A stretch of DNA of 64,000 bases from Chloroflexota bacterium (GCA_965221905.1 OZ244922.1:2784001-2848000), one strand, 5' to 3'; counted from the first letter of the stretch, positions 18,637-29,344 are shown. Translations and numbers: made by a program. The notes: generated by a model not told the origin, from the sequence alone.

Positions 18637-20040
18637 TTACCGCCACTCCTCCGGGCGACGGCTGTAAAGTTCGTTTAGTTCCTGTGCGGAGAGGCGCATC
18701 GCCTCAGCAGCATCCATTTCACCCCTCAACGCCGCAAGAATATGCCCCCGGCGCAGAATCTGCCAGGCTTCGCTCGTCTCGGGCGTCACCAGGCGATCAT
18801 GGCCGTCCGTTTCCCAGACGTTTGCCACTTCCAACACCTTCGTTCCCTCAAATCGCGAAAGCCACTTGGGGTGCTTGCTCGCCCAGACCGTCGGTGGCCA
18901 TGCAATCGCACCGAACTGGGGCGAATCAACCAGCCCCTCCTCCGAATGGAACCACATGAGAAAGTCCCAGGCCAGGTCCGGCACCTCTGAAAAGGTGAGA
19001 ATGGAATAGGCGTTGCCGCCAAGACTGGCTGTCTGCCGCACTCCGCGCGGCGGCGGGGCAAAGTCGAGCTTCTCCACCAGAGGTATGTGCGCCTTGATCG
19101 TATTGTGGCGGAAGATGCCGTTGAACTCCATTGCAACCATCTCCGCTTCCATGGGACGTATACCGGTGGGAAGCGCCTGCCGGGCTTCGGTCGTCGGTGT
19201 AACCCGATGCTTGATGTGCAAGTCCACGTCAAAGCGGAAGCCGCGGATCGCATTCTGGTCTTCCCCAAACACGGCCTTTGAACGGTCCTCGTTAACCAAC
19301 TGGCCGCCAAAGTTGTAGACAAACGTGCCTGCCATATAGTGCAGACCATTTTGTCCGATGAACGCTGCCCATTTCTTGTCGTCAGCATTGGTGAGCTTGA
19401 CGCAGGCGTCCAGGAACTCATCATAGGTCCAGTCTTTGTGCGGATAGGGTATACCCTTCTGGTCGAAGAGGTGCTTGTTGTACATTACCGCCTCGCCGCC
19501 CGACTGGAAGGGCAGCGCATAGAGCTTACCCCGCCAAGACCAAGACTCGATGTCCGCCGCGAAGTAGGTCTCTACCGGCACGTTGCTGGACTTGAGCAGT
19601 TGGAACTTCTCAACGAACATGCCGTTGAGCCCGCCGGTCAGCGCCCAGTTGTTCTGGTTATAGGTTATGTCAACCGTCGTCGTACCGGCAGCAAACTCAG
19701 TGGTGCGTTTCTGCCATACCTCCCGATACTCTTGCGGCGTTTCAATCGTGATGCCCAGGGCCTCAGCTCCCTCCGCAAAGGTCTGGGAGAGCGCGGTCCA
19801 GCGCGCATCCTCCGGACTGTGATAATTGGAGATGCGCAACACTTGGGGTTCAGCCTTGGGGGCCATTTCCGCCTTGGATTCTGCCTCCTTCTCCGTCGGC
19901 GCCGCCTCTCCGGCAGGAGCAGTGGATACCGCGCCACATGCCGCGAGAAGCATGCCCGTACCACCGATCACCGCCCCGCCGAGCACTACCCGCCGCGTAG
20001 GGGCATACAACTCTCTACCTCGTCGTGCTTGGATCGCCAT
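18637..20040 (-). CDS. Sugar-type ABC extracellular solute-binding lipoprotein (Tat)
   Basis: TRRVVL, LAACG, YALP, YNK.LFD, WTYDEFL; RBS AAGGAGG before ATG 20040. Confidence 0.85.
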   Translation of the reverse strand: MAIQARRGRELYAPTRRVVLGGAVIGGTGMLLAACGAVSTAPAGEAAPTEKEAESKAEMAPKAEPQVLRISNYHSPEDARWTALSQTFAEGAEALGITIETPQEYREVWQKRTTEFAAGTTTVDITYNQNNWALTGGLNGMFVEKFQLLKSSNVPVETYFAADIESWSWRGKLYALPFQSGGEAVMYNKHLFDQKGIPYPHKDWTYDEFLDACVKLTNADDKKWAAFIGQNGLHYMAGTFVYNFGGQLVNEDRSKAVFGEDQNAIRGFRFDVDLHIKHRVTPTTEARQALPTGIRPMEAEMVAMEFNGIFRHNTIKAHIPLVEKLDFAPPPRGVRQTASLGGNAYSILTFSEVPDLAWDFLMWFHSEEGLVDSPQFGAIAWPPTVWASKHPKWLSRFEGTKVLEVANVWETDGHDRLVTPETSEAWQILRRGHILAALRGEMDAAEAMRLSAQELNELYSRRPEEWR

Positions 20041-20088
20041 GTCGGCCCTCCTTTCACGAGAAACCGTGACTACCACAAAGCTCCACAC

Positions 20089-20132
20089 GCTTGACAACGA
20101 TATTCTAATATGCATAATAGTGATAGTCAAGC
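20089..20132. promoter_or_regulatory. Overlapping divergent promoters with a central palindrome
   Basis: Plus strand TTGACA-16-CATAAT; minus strand TTGACT-17-TAGAAT; CTAATATGCATAATAG dyad; flanking GCTTGAC/GTCAAGC. Confidence 0.6.
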
Positions 20133-20162
20133 ATTTTAATCCATTTGTGAAAGAGGAATTTC

Positions 20163-21461
20163 ATGGCAAAGACTTTGAGCCCCACGTCCACATTGGCTCT
20201 GGATGGCGGGCCGCAAGCAGTGACTGCTCCAGTTGACGACCGCTGGCAGCGCGTGACCGATCTGGAAAAGGAGTACGTGCTGCGGGTCATGGACGATTTT
20301 GGCGATGCTTACGCCGAGTTAGACCGCTTCGAGGAAGAGTGGCGCGAGTTCATCGGCACCAAACATGCCCTCGCCATGTGCAATGGCACTGCCACGCTGC
20401 ATTCCGCAATTTTCGCCGCTGGCGCACACGCCGGCAAAGAGGTGATCGTGCCCTCGGTCACGTGGCATGCGAGCATAAGCCCCATCCTGCACTGCGGCGC
20501 AACGCCGGTGTTCTGCGATGCGGACCCGGAGACCTTCTGCGCGGACCCGGCAGACGTCAGGCGGAAGATCACCGACCGCACCTGCGCCATCGTCGTAACC
20601 CACGTCTACGGTAACCCGGCAGACCTCGACGCATTCCGCGATATCGTGGACGGCACCGACATCGTCCTCATCGAGGACGCTTCACACGCCCATGGCGCAA
20701 CGTGGGACGGCAAACCGGTGGGCTCGTTCGGCCACATCGGCTGCTTTAGCCTGCAAAAGGGCAAGGCGATGACGGGCATCGAGGCGGGCGTTGCTGTTAC
20801 CAATGACGACGTGCTCTATGACCGCATGCTGGCGCTCGGCCAGTACGGGCGCTGCGGCAAGCTCTGGTCCACTGCCGAATTCGCAGACCTGCGCAATATG
20901 GGCTTCGGCGTAAAGTACCGGGCCAACCCGCTTGCCATCGGCATGGTGCGCGCTCAATTCAGACGGCTACCGGAAATGAACGAGAAGCGCCGGGCGTGGT
21001 TCGACCGGCTCGACTCCCTGCTGAGCGCCATCCCTGGTGTGAACCCCCAAAAGGTCTATCCGAAAGCTATCCGGGGCGGCTTGGTGCACTACGCCGGGAC
21101 GCTCGACACTGAGGCAATCGGCGTGCCTGCAAATTCCATTCTTAAAGCGTTGGTCGCTGAAGGCGTACAGACAAAGTCGGAGATCACGCCGTTCGGCTAC
21201 GGCGTGATGCATCTGGAGCCGCTCTTCAACGACTATGCGCTCGAGAACGTCGGCGGACCGTGGAAAGACCTACCGTCCGACTCACGCGTGCGCAGAGGGC
21301 GTGGTCACCTGCCCGTGAGCGAACGCATCCACGATACGGCGTTCTGGATCAAGACGCCCGTCGACCCCAATCCTGAATGGGTAGAGCAAGTCGGCGAGGC
21401 CTTCCACAAAGTGATGGCCAACGCAGACCGCCTCGCGGAGCTTGCTCCGCAAGGAGTCTAA
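20163..21461 (+). CDS. DegT/DnrJ/EryC1/StrS family aminotransferase
   Basis: NGTATL, IEDASHAHG, SLQKGK (PLP Lys), G.KYR. Confidence 0.88.
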   Translation: MAKTLSPTSTLALDGGPQAVTAPVDDRWQRVTDLEKEYVLRVMDDFGDAYAELDRFEEEWREFIGTKHALAMCNGTATLHSAIFAAGAHAGKEVIVPSVTWHASISPILHCGATPVFCDADPETFCADPADVRRKITDRTCAIVVTHVYGNPADLDAFRDIVDGTDIVLIEDASHAHGATWDGKPVGSFGHIGCFSLQKGKAMTGIEAGVAVTNDDVLYDRMLALGQYGRCGKLWSTAEFADLRNMGFGVKYRANPLAIGMVRAQFRRLPEMNEKRRAWFDRLDSLLSAIPGVNPQKVYPKAIRGGLVHYAGTLDTEAIGVPANSILKALVAEGVQTKSEITPFGYGVMHLEPLFNDYALENVGGPWKDLPSDSRVRRGRGHLPVSERIHDTAFWIKTPVDPNPEWVEQVGEAFHKVMANADRLAELAPQGV

Positions 21462-21496
21462 GCAGGGCGTTCACGATGATGCCGTCGTGCAGTGGA

Positions 21497-21552
21497 CTCC
21501 GTTCGCCCTGAGCCTAGAGTAAACTCCGTTCGCCCTGAGCTTGTCGAAGGGC
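21497..21552. repeat. REP family A copy preceded by a truncated duplicate arm
   Basis: CTCCGTTCGCCCTGAGCCTAGAGTAAA CTCCGTTCGCCCTGAGCTTGTCGAAGGG. Confidence 0.75.
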
Positions 21553-21697
21553 GGCACACGTCCCTTTGCAGTCACGTGTGCAAATTTCAGGCCGGTCAGC
21601 GTTAGAATCTAAATGCTGCCTGTGCTTTGCAGCGCAGGCAGCAGGTCTCTTGATCTGGGAGTGCGATGAATTCCCAAGACGCGTCCCATCAGCCGTC

Positions 21698-23410
21698 TCA
21701 CGCTCGACGACACCGTTCCGTAGCCTCCCGGTCAAGCTCTCCATTAGCGGCTATCACAACGCCGTAGACATCGCGTGCGCGTTCGCGTGACACCTTTTCG
21801 TTGCGCACGTCATCCAGGACTAGCTGCGGGTCTCGCTCCAGAGGGTTTCCCCAGCCGCCGGCCCCTGAAACCATGTGACGGAAGAGGTCGTTCTCAAATA
21901 TCGTCTCGGTCGCCTTGCTCGTTAGAACGCGAGCCTCAGTATCCGGATTGAGGATATTCCGCGAGGGCGCGCCGGGGAGACCTCCGGCGAGTCCGTACGT
22001 TTGAGTCTTATGTCGATCCGAACGCAGTTGCAGCGTCGCGCGCCGCTCGCGCAAGCGGTAGTCCCGCACTAACGCCAGGCCGCCGCGAAATTTGCCGGCG
22101 CCCTCGGAATCCGGCACATAGCCGTACCGTTCGATACGCAAAGGCAGCTCCGCTTCCACCACCTCAACCGGGTTATTCGAGAAATTCACAACGATGCTCG
22201 CCATGGCGTCGGTACCATCGCTCCAAGGCTTACCTCCCCACGACCCGAAGAGGAACTCCAGGTAGACGAAGGGGTTGCCATCGTCGTCGTAGCCTCCAAT
22301 ACTCACACCGGTGTCGCCTCCCACCTCGCATGCCGGAATGCGGTCCGGCGCCAGCTTGGCCAGGGCGCCCATCACAGCATTGGCGGTCCGGTAGCCGGTA
22401 AGGCCCCGCGCGGCCACGGGCGCGGGCATGCTGGGATTGACGACGGAGCTTTTGGGCGCAATCACCTCGATCGGGCGGAAGTACCCCTCGTTATTCGGTA
22501 TCTCTTCCCCCATGAGACTGCGCACGCAGGCATACACGGCCGAACGCGTGAATGGGATTGGCGAATTTATGCCACCGCGCACCTGCGGCGACGTGCCGGT
22601 AAAGTCCACCGTCATAGAGTCTCCGTGCACCCGCACGGTAACGGCGATGGGGATCGGCCCCGGGTCAAACCCGTCGTCGTCAATATAGTCGGTAAATGCA
22701 TATTCGCCATCTGGCATATCGGCAATGGCCTGTCGCGCCAGCCGTTCCGTGTAGTCGAGAAGCGCGGAAAAACGCGCCTGTAGCTCCTCGTGCCCGTAGC
22801 GGCCAAACAGCGGAATCACACGCCGCTCGCCCACGTGGCAGGCAGAGAGTTGGGCGCGAATATCGCCCAGCACCAGCCGCGGCACCCGCACGTTTGCCCG
22901 AATTAGCTTGAAGACACTCTCATTGGGTACGCCGGCATCGTAGAGCTTGAGCGGCGGGATGCGAATGCCTTCCTGGAAGATTTCGGTAGCGTCGCAGCCG
23001 TTCCCTCCTGCTACCATCCCGCCAACGTCGGCATGGTGCGCTATCGTCACAAGGTAGCAGGCAAGTACGCCATCCAAGAATACCGGCTTGAAGATGTAGA
23101 AATCCGGTAAGTGCGTGCCCCCGGCATAGGGGTCGTTGAGCAAGTAGACGTCACCGGGCCGAATGTCACCGCCAAACGTCGCGAAGATACTCTGCATAGC
23201 GTGGGGCACCGAGCCAAGGTGGAGCGGCAGCGTCAGGCCCTGAGCAATGAGCTCGCCGCTGGGCTGGCAAAGCGCGGTGGAAAAGTCCATGCTGTTCTTC
23301 AGATTGTTCGAATACGCCGTACGAAGTATAGTCATCGCCATCTCGTCCACCAGCGATTCCAGCGCGTTCTTGAGGATTTCCGTTTCTACCGGATCGAAGT
23401 CTCCGTTCAC
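21698..23410 (-). CDS. Hydantoinase B / oxoprolinase family protein
   Basis: EMA..I.RTAYS, DFSTA, NDPY.GGTHLPD, HH.DVGG, GAGKFRGG, GAGGWGNP.ERD. Confidence 0.9.
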   Translation of the reverse strand: MNGDFDPVETEILKNALESLVDEMAMTILRTAYSNNLKNSMDFSTALCQPSGELIAQGLTLPLHLGSVPHAMQSIFATFGGDIRPGDVYLLNDPYAGGTHLPDFYIFKPVFLDGVLACYLVTIAHHADVGGMVAGGNGCDATEIFQEGIRIPPLKLYDAGVPNESVFKLIRANVRVPRLVLGDIRAQLSACHVGERRVIPLFGRYGHEELQARFSALLDYTERLARQAIADMPDGEYAFTDYIDDDGFDPGPIPIAVTVRVHGDSMTVDFTGTSPQVRGGINSPIPFTRSAVYACVRSLMGEEIPNNEGYFRPIEVIAPKSSVVNPSMPAPVAARGLTGYRTANAVMGALAKLAPDRIPACEVGGDTGVSIGGYDDDGNPFVYLEFLFGSWGGKPWSDGTDAMASIVVNFSNNPVEVVEAELPLRIERYGYVPDSEGAGKFRGGLALVRDYRLRERRATLQLRSDRHKTQTYGLAGGLPGAPSRNILNPDTEARVLTSKATETIFENDLFRHMVSGAGGWGNPLERDPQLVLDDVRNEKVSRERARDVYGVVIAANGELDREATERCRRA

Positions 23411-25500
23411 GTCAGTTCCTCTCCCACAGTGATCACCACGTTATCCCACGCATCTCGTCTTGCACTGCAATTTGGAGGCACCAATATCGTCGTGTCGTAT
23501 TCCTCCATGATCAGCGGCCCGGGTCGAGCTGCCGTGCCAAGCTCATGCCGCGCCAGTAACGGCACTTTGCGCTCGCCAATTGCAGCGCCAAAGTACGCCG
23601 ACCGCTCTCCCGGACCCTGTGGTGTTTCCTTCTTTGCCGCAGTACTTCCCCACTGATGCTGTCCTTCACGCGGCAGCGTGACTTCAACCCGCAGGTTGAC
23701 GAGTTCCACGGGGTCTTCAGACGCCTTATGGCCGTAGGTGCGCTCATGCTCACGCTCAAAAGCTTCACGCATAAACGCCGGACGAGAGTCTTGCAGCGGA
23801 ATGGTGAGTTCGAAGGACTGACCGGCATAGCGCAGGTCAGCAAATCGCTGCCAAAGGCCGCTTTGCCGAGCATCATCGCCTATCCCAAGCTCTCCGGCCA
23901 AGCGAGACTCCAGCGTAACGTATTGTTCATCGATCTCCTCTTCACTCACCGTGTCGATGGGTAGCAAGACCGTTTGCACGGCGTGTTGGGAGACATCTAC
24001 ACACAAGAGACCGAGTGAGCTAAACAGTCCTGGAAACGGCGGTACGACGACCTGCTTGACTCCAAGCTCCTGTGCCATTTCGGCGGCATGCAGCGGCCCG
24101 CTGCCGCCAAAGGCGAATAAGACGAAATCTGCTGGCGAGCGTCCGCGTTCCACAGTGACCGCCCGTACGGCGCGGCTCATATGGGAGACCGCTATACGAT
24201 GGATACCGTGGGCGGCATCTTCCACACGTAGGCCCAGCGGTTTCGCAAGCCGTTCCTCCAAGACGGAACGCGCGCGCGTAGCGTCAATCGGCAGTTCGCC
24301 ACCCAAGAAATGCGTGGGATTGAGAAAGCCCAGCGCTACATTGGCGTCGGTGAGTGTTGGTTCTTCGCCGCCGAGGGAGTAACACACGGGCCCGGGCTCA
24401 GCGCCCGCGCTATGCGGTCCGACCCGGAGTCCGCCGGCCGGATCGATCCACGCAATGCTGCCGCCGCCTGCGCCGACTTCCGCAATATCTATAGCCGGCA
24501 CACGCAGCGCGTAGCCCCCGCCCCGCTGGAGTCGCGCGCTGAGGCTAATGCCCCCGCCTACCTCATAGTCATTCGTGCGCGTGATGCGTCCGTCCTCGAT
24601 CACCGACGCTTTGGCCGTCGTGCCGCCCATGTCGAGCGTTATTGCATTTTGGGTATTCATCGCGTTGGCCAGCGAAAGCGCGCCCATCACACCGGCGGCA
24701 GGCCCGGACTCAATCACGTGAATTGGCTGTTCCGCCGCTTTCGCCGCGCCCATCATGCCGCCGCCGGACTGCATCATGTATACCGGGGCGGTGATTCGCC
24801 GTTCGACGAAGGCATCGTCCAAGCGGGAAAGGTATGAGCGCATTACGGGAGCAATGTACGCATTGATCACCGTCGTGCTCGTGCGCTCGTACTCGCGAAT
24901 TTCCGGGAGAACGTGGGAGGAAAGGGAAACGAAAACGTCAGGAGCCGCCGCGCGCAGCAACGCGCCAATGCGATCTTCATGTTCCGAATTGCGGTAGGCG
25001 TTGATGAGGCATACGGCAATCGAACGCACATCCGCCTTAAGCAAATGCGCTATTGCCGCGTGAACACTCTCCTCATCGAGCTCATGCACAATGTTTCCCA
25101 AAGTGTCCATGCGCTCGACGACTTCCCGTCGCAACGCGCGCGGCACCAACGGCTTCGGCGGCTCCCAGTGCAAGTCGTAGAGGCGCGGCATTCGCAAACG
25201 CCGTATCTCCAGCACGTCGCGGAAACCCGCAGTTGTGATGAGGCCCGTGGGCGCGCCTTTGGCTTCCAGGATAGCGTTGGTGGCTATCGTGGTGGCGTGA
25301 ATGACTTCACGAATATCCTCACTCGCAGCATTCGTATTGCTGATGAGGGTATCGAGCCCCTGCACTATTCCTTGCGCGAAGTCATCCGTGGTGGAAGAGA
25401 CCTTCGTCCACGCTCGCAACCCTTGGGCATCCATGAAGACAAGGTCGGTGAAGGTACCACCAATATCCACACCGACACGCAATGATGAGTCCACAAGCAC
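23407..25500 (-). CDS. Hydantoinase A / oxoprolinase family ATPase subunit
   Basis: [42 protein letters not shown]. Confidence 0.9.
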   Translation of the reverse strand: MLVDSSLRVGVDIGGTFTDLVFMDAQGLRAWTKVSSTTDDFAQGIVQGLDTLISNTNAASEDIREVIHATTIATNAILEAKGAPTGLITTAGFRDVLEIRRLRMPRLYDLHWEPPKPLVPRALRREVVERMDTLGNIVHELDEESVHAAIAHLLKADVRSIAVCLINAYRNSEHEDRIGALLRAAAPDVFVSLSSHVLPEIREYERTSTTVINAYIAPVMRSYLSRLDDAFVERRITAPVYMMQSGGGMMGAAKAAEQPIHVIESGPAAGVMGALSLANAMNTQNAITLDMGGTTAKASVIEDGRITRTNDYEVGGGISLSARLQRGGGYALRVPAIDIAEVGAGGGSIAWIDPAGGLRVGPHSAGAEPGPVCYSLGGEEPTLTDANVALGFLNPTHFLGGELPIDATRARSVLEERLAKPLGLRVEDAAHGIHRIAVSHMSRAVRAVTVERGRSPADFVLFAFGGSGPLHAAEMAQELGVKQVVVPPFPGLFSSLGLLCVDVSQHAVQTVLLPIDTVSEEEIDEQYVTLESRLAGELGIGDDARQSGLWQRFADLRYAGQSFELTIPLQDSRPAFMREAFEREHERTYGHKASEDPVELVNLRVEVTLPREGQHQWGSTAAKKETPQGPGERSAYFGAAIGERKVPLLARHELGTAARPGPLIMEEYDTTILVPPNCSARRDAWDNVVITVGEELT

Positions 25501-25503
25501 GGC

Positions 25504-26247
25504 CTAGACGGTCACGGGTAACGGCCCCGCAACGGGGGAAAGCTCAAACACCCTACCGTAACCGGGTATCGCCGCAGTATGTCCCAGCGCGCGCAGGCAC
25601 TGCCAGTAGGTGGCTTGGTTGCTCGTGACAACCGGAATGCCGAGGTCCTCCTCAAGCGCTTGGATAACGTCCATGGTGCGGAGATTAGTGCAACTGATGA
25701 ATAGCGCGTCGGCGCCCGCGTCAACGTGCTCCCGGGCAAAGCGGTATGTTTCCGCAAGCGGCACAACGCCGATGTCGAAGGCCGTGAGAATTCCCATACC
25801 GGCCTGGCTCACCACCTCGAACCCCCAGCCCTCCAGGAACTTGACTTCAAGGTCATTGAGTTCCGGGATATACGGTGTCACCATGGAAACACGCTGTGCA
25901 TTGAGCGCACGAAGGGCACCGGCAACTGCTCCGGCAGTAGTCACTGCCTCAATCCGGCTGCCGCCCCGCAACCGTTCACGCAACGTCTCTTCACCATCAG
26001 TGCCCTCGAAGAAGCTGCCTGCAGTGCAAGCAAAGGCGATGACGTCTACGTTCGCGCTGAGCAATTCGTCTACGCCGCGATCAACGTGCGCACACATTTG
26101 CGCCATGTCGTCGGCATCCGAGCGGGAGTTGCGCATTCGTGTCGCGTAAACGGCAAATCCTTCGGGCAACAGCGCGCAGCCTTCCGGCTCCACCACCGTA
26201 TTCACCGACGGTACGAGTAATCCGATGCGTCCACGCCAACCAAACAT
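25504..26247 (-). CDS. Maleate cis-trans isomerase / Asp-Glu racemase family protein
   Basis: GLLVPS.N..VE, ACTAGS, TPY, SCTNL, TSNQA with two catalytic Cys; RBS GGAGGAG before ATG 26247. Confidence 0.85.
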   Translation of the reverse strand: MFGWRGRIGLLVPSVNTVVEPEGCALLPEGFAVYATRMRNSRSDADDMAQMCAHVDRGVDELLSANVDVIAFACTAGSFFEGTDGEETLRERLRGGSRIEAVTTAGAVAGALRALNAQRVSMVTPYIPELNDLEVKFLEGWGFEVVSQAGMGILTAFDIGVVPLAETYRFAREHVDAGADALFISCTNLRTMDVIQALEEDLGIPVVTSNQATYWQCLRALGHTAAIPGYGRVFELSPVAGPLPVTV

Positions 26248-26461
26248 GCCATCTCCTCCAATCACAATTGCTCAAGCGCCGTCGAGGGCTCAAGGTTGTT
26301 GCACTTCTTGGAACTCTAAAGCTAAAGAACACGATTACAAGACGTGTGCGACCGCAAAATTGCCGCTTCAACCCTCTATGCCGCACATCGCTCGTCGTTC
26401 GCTCTCTTGGAGCGCAAATTACTACAACGATGATAGCGCAGCAACCATGTCAAAACAACTA

Positions 26462-26476
26462 AGGTTGTAACAACCT
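26462..26476. promoter_or_regulatory. Candidate operator palindrome
   Basis: AGGTTGT-A-ACAACCT perfect dyad in a divergent intergenic region. Confidence 0.4.
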
Positions 26477-26682
26477 CGGTTGTCGCTCAGGCGCTCGCGC
26501 CATACAATACCATACGGATGCCAGGCTGTGGCCGTGTGCAAACAGGCCGCATGGCCGCGTAAGAGTACGGCCGCACTCTCCTGGCGCCAATGAGTCTCCG
26601 GCGAAACGCAGTGTGGCAGCGTCACTATAGGCACTGCCAAGCGGTATTTATGCGTTTTGCCGCAACCCGCAAGGCAAAACTG

Positions 26683-27747
26683 ATGCAAATCGGCATTGTC
26701 GGCATACCGTATTCCGGCAAGACTACAGTCTTCAATGCAATTGCCGGCGGTGGGGCGGAGAATCGCCACCAGACGCACGGCCTGGAACCAACCTTGGCCA
26801 TGGTGAATCTGCGCGATTCGCGGCTTGAGGCGCTCTGTAACCTGTTTGGACCTGAGGAATGCATCCCAACGGAAGTTCAGTACCTCGATTTTCCCGGGGC
26901 CGGTTTCGGCAGACAGGAGAAGGAAGCTGCCTGGGTGGGCACACTCCGCACCGTAGACGCGCTACTAGTCGTTCTTGGCGCATTCAACGACGTGCAGAAT
27001 CCCACCCACGAACTGGAGAGCATTCATCTCGACCTGGTTCTGCCTGATATGCAAATCATAGAGAACCGTCTCCAGCGCCTCGCGCTGCAGATGCGTAGCG
27101 CCCCCGCGACGGAACGCCAGCACCTTGATCGAGAGCAGACGCTCCTGGAGCGCATTCAGAACGATCTTGAACAGGGCCTGCCGGTGCGTGCTCTCGATCT
27201 AACACCCGAAGAGTTGCAGACTATCCGTGGGTTTCAGCTCCTGACCCTAAAGCCCACGCTCGTAATCATCAATTGCTCCGAGGAACAATGGCCCCACGCT
27301 GAAGAAATGGCCGCACACGCCCGGGCTGCCTATCCTCACCCGCAGACTACGATCATTGCCCTCTGCGCACAATTGGAAATGGAAGTAGCCCAACTCCCAC
27401 CGGATGAGGCCGCACTCTTTCGCGAGGACTTGGGATTCGACGAAGCAGGCGCAACACAGGTCGTACGCGAGTCCCACGCACTGTTGGGTCTGATCCACTT
27501 CTTCACGATAAATGATAAAGAGGTGCGTGCTTGGGCCATCCCGCAAGGCACCAAAGCGCAGGACGCTGCCGGGAAAATCCACACGGACATGGCGCGCGGG
27601 TTTGCACGCGCGGAAGTGATCGCTTGGGAGCAATTGATCGAAAACAATAGCTACGCCGATGCGCGTAAGCATGGGCTCGTGCGTCAAGAAGGACGCGATT
27701 ACGTTGTCCAAGACGGCGACGTGCTCTTCATCCTGTTTACGCGGTGA
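26683..27747 (+). CDS. ychF: YchF/Obg-family ATPase (divergent YchF paralogue with TGS/DUF933 domain)
   Basis: GIVG.P..GKTT, DxxG, LLT.KP...N..E, FFT...EVRAW, AGKIHTD..RGF.RAEV, EG.DYVVQDGD. Confidence 0.8.
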   Translation: MQIGIVGIPYSGKTTVFNAIAGGGAENRHQTHGLEPTLAMVNLRDSRLEALCNLFGPEECIPTEVQYLDFPGAGFGRQEKEAAWVGTLRTVDALLVVLGAFNDVQNPTHELESIHLDLVLPDMQIIENRLQRLALQMRSAPATERQHLDREQTLLERIQNDLEQGLPVRALDLTPEELQTIRGFQLLTLKPTLVIINCSEEQWPHAEEMAAHARAAYPHPQTTIIALCAQLEMEVAQLPPDEAALFREDLGFDEAGATQVVRESHALLGLIHFFTINDKEVRAWAIPQGTKAQDAAGKIHTDMARGFARAEVIAWEQLIENNSYADARKHGLVRQEGRDYVVQDGDVLFILFTR

Positions 27748-27991
27748 TGTGGCTGAACATCTGACCGTTCGCGCTGAGCCTGTCGAAGCGTGGCTGAACA
27801 CCTGACCGTTCGCGTTGAGCCTGTCGAGATGTGGCTGAACATCTGACCGTTCGCGCTGAGCCTGTCGAGATGTGGCTGAACTCCTGACCGTTCGCGCTGA
27901 GCCTGTCGAAGCGCGGCTGAACTCCTGACCGTTCGCGCTGAGCCTGTCGAAGCGCGGCTGAACACCTGACCGTTCGCGCTGAGCCTGTCGA
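27746..27991 (+). repeat. Six tandem 41-bp units, each containing a REP family A arm
   Basis: (AGCG/GATG)YGGCTGAACWYCTGACCGTTCGCGYTGAGCCTGTCGA x6, no unique spacers. Confidence 0.9.
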
Positions 27992-28119
27992 AGCGTGGGG
28001 CTTGCTTCACACGAGTAAGCAAAACCCTTGAAACGGTTTGCCGTTGTGCATGTTGACCAGTGTTTATATAATCACCGATGAACAAACTTTACTTGTGAGT
28101 ATCTGGAGGCAATCCGCTC

Positions 28120-29280
28120 GTGGCACCCCTTAGTAGCGCGCAGGCCGTATCCGACCGCATTTTGGCTCTAACACCATCTCCCACAATGGCGATGGACGCC
28201 AAGGCTAAGGCAATGTTGCGGTCAGGTATTGATGTCATCAATCTCTCCGTCGGTGAGCCGGACTTCGACACGCCGGCGCACATCAAGGAGGCTGCCATTG
28301 CCGCGATCCAGGACGGCTTCAACAAGTACACGCCGGCCGGCGGCATCCCCGAACTCAAAGAGGCCATTGCGGAAAAGCTCTCCCGTGAGAACAGTGTAGA
28401 CTACAGCCCGACCGAGGTGGTGGCCTGCGTGGGTGGCAAACAGGCAGTCTGCAACGTGTTTCTGGCGATTTGCAACCCCGGTGATGAAGTTGTCGTTCAC
28501 GCCCCCACCTGGCCGACCTTTCTGGAGCAGATCAAACTCGCGCAGGGAACGCACGTAACTGTCCCGCTCGCCTCGCCGTTCGCGATCACGGCAGACCCGT
28601 TACTAGAGCGCATTTCCGCCAAGACCCGCGCTATCCTCATTAACTCGCCGTGCAATCCCACCGGCGTGGTTGCCGATCCGGCGGAGATCCGTAAACTGGC
28701 CGCAGCCTGCGTGGAACGCGGCATCTACTTGATTGCCGACGAGACCTACGAGCACTTTCTCTATGGCGATGCCGAGCACCTCTCACCTGCAGGCATGGGG
28801 CCGGATGAGAAAGCACACGTCATCACCGTGAATACGGTGTCAAAAACCTACGCTATGACGGGTTGGCGTCTCGGCTACGTGGCCGGACCGGAACCCGTCA
28901 TCAAGGCCATCAACGACTTGATGTCACAGATAACCAGCAACCCAACGTCAGCCTCGCAGAAGGCCGCTATCGCCGCGCTGACCGGGCCGCAAGACTGCGT
29001 GCGGGAGATGGTGGCTGAGTTTCGTGAGCGGCGCACGCTTCTCGTAGAGGGACTGCGTAAAGCGGGCTATGCCTGCGCGCTGCCGGGCGGCGCGTTCTAC
29101 GCCTTCCCGCAAGTCAAGGGCAACGAGCATGATACTTCGGTTGCCGACCGCCTTCTGGAAGAGGCCCACATTGCCACCGTGCCGGGGTCTTCCTTCCTCG
29201 CCGACGGCTACCTGCGCATGTCCTACGCCACCAGCCGCGAGAAGCTGCAGGAAGCCCTCGAGCGGCTGGGCAAGGCATAG
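28120..29280 (+). CDS. Class I/II PLP aminotransferase (aspartate aminotransferase-like)
   Basis: GEPDF.TP, Y.P.GG.PEL, NSPCNPTG, DETY, SKTYAMTGWRLG, GAFY. Confidence 0.9.
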   Translation: MAPLSSAQAVSDRILALTPSPTMAMDAKAKAMLRSGIDVINLSVGEPDFDTPAHIKEAAIAAIQDGFNKYTPAGGIPELKEAIAEKLSRENSVDYSPTEVVACVGGKQAVCNVFLAICNPGDEVVVHAPTWPTFLEQIKLAQGTHVTVPLASPFAITADPLLERISAKTRAILINSPCNPTGVVADPAEIRKLAAACVERGIYLIADETYEHFLYGDAEHLSPAGMGPDEKAHVITVNTVSKTYAMTGWRLGYVAGPEPVIKAINDLMSQITSNPTSASQKAAIAALTGPQDCVREMVAEFRERRTLLVEGLRKAGYACALPGGAFYAFPQVKGNEHDTSVADRLLEEAHIATVPGSSFLADGYLRMSYATSREKLQEALERLGKA

Positions 29281-29344
29281 TAAGCAACCCCGGCGTGACG
29301 GGCGCAGCGCTCCCACGTCCGCAAAGCCCGCGCCGGGGTAAATC

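Noticed and set aside
27746-27991. Possible CRISPR array
   Set aside because: Units are contiguous 41-bp repeats with no unique spacers, and no cas genes are present.
27699-28085. ORFs over repeat regions (also 28948..29427, 30998..31408, 44605..45069, 50310..50644)
   Set aside because: They are translations of REP arrays (LRQAQ.ER, PHPNPLP.GEG, VGAVREPPL peptides), not genes.
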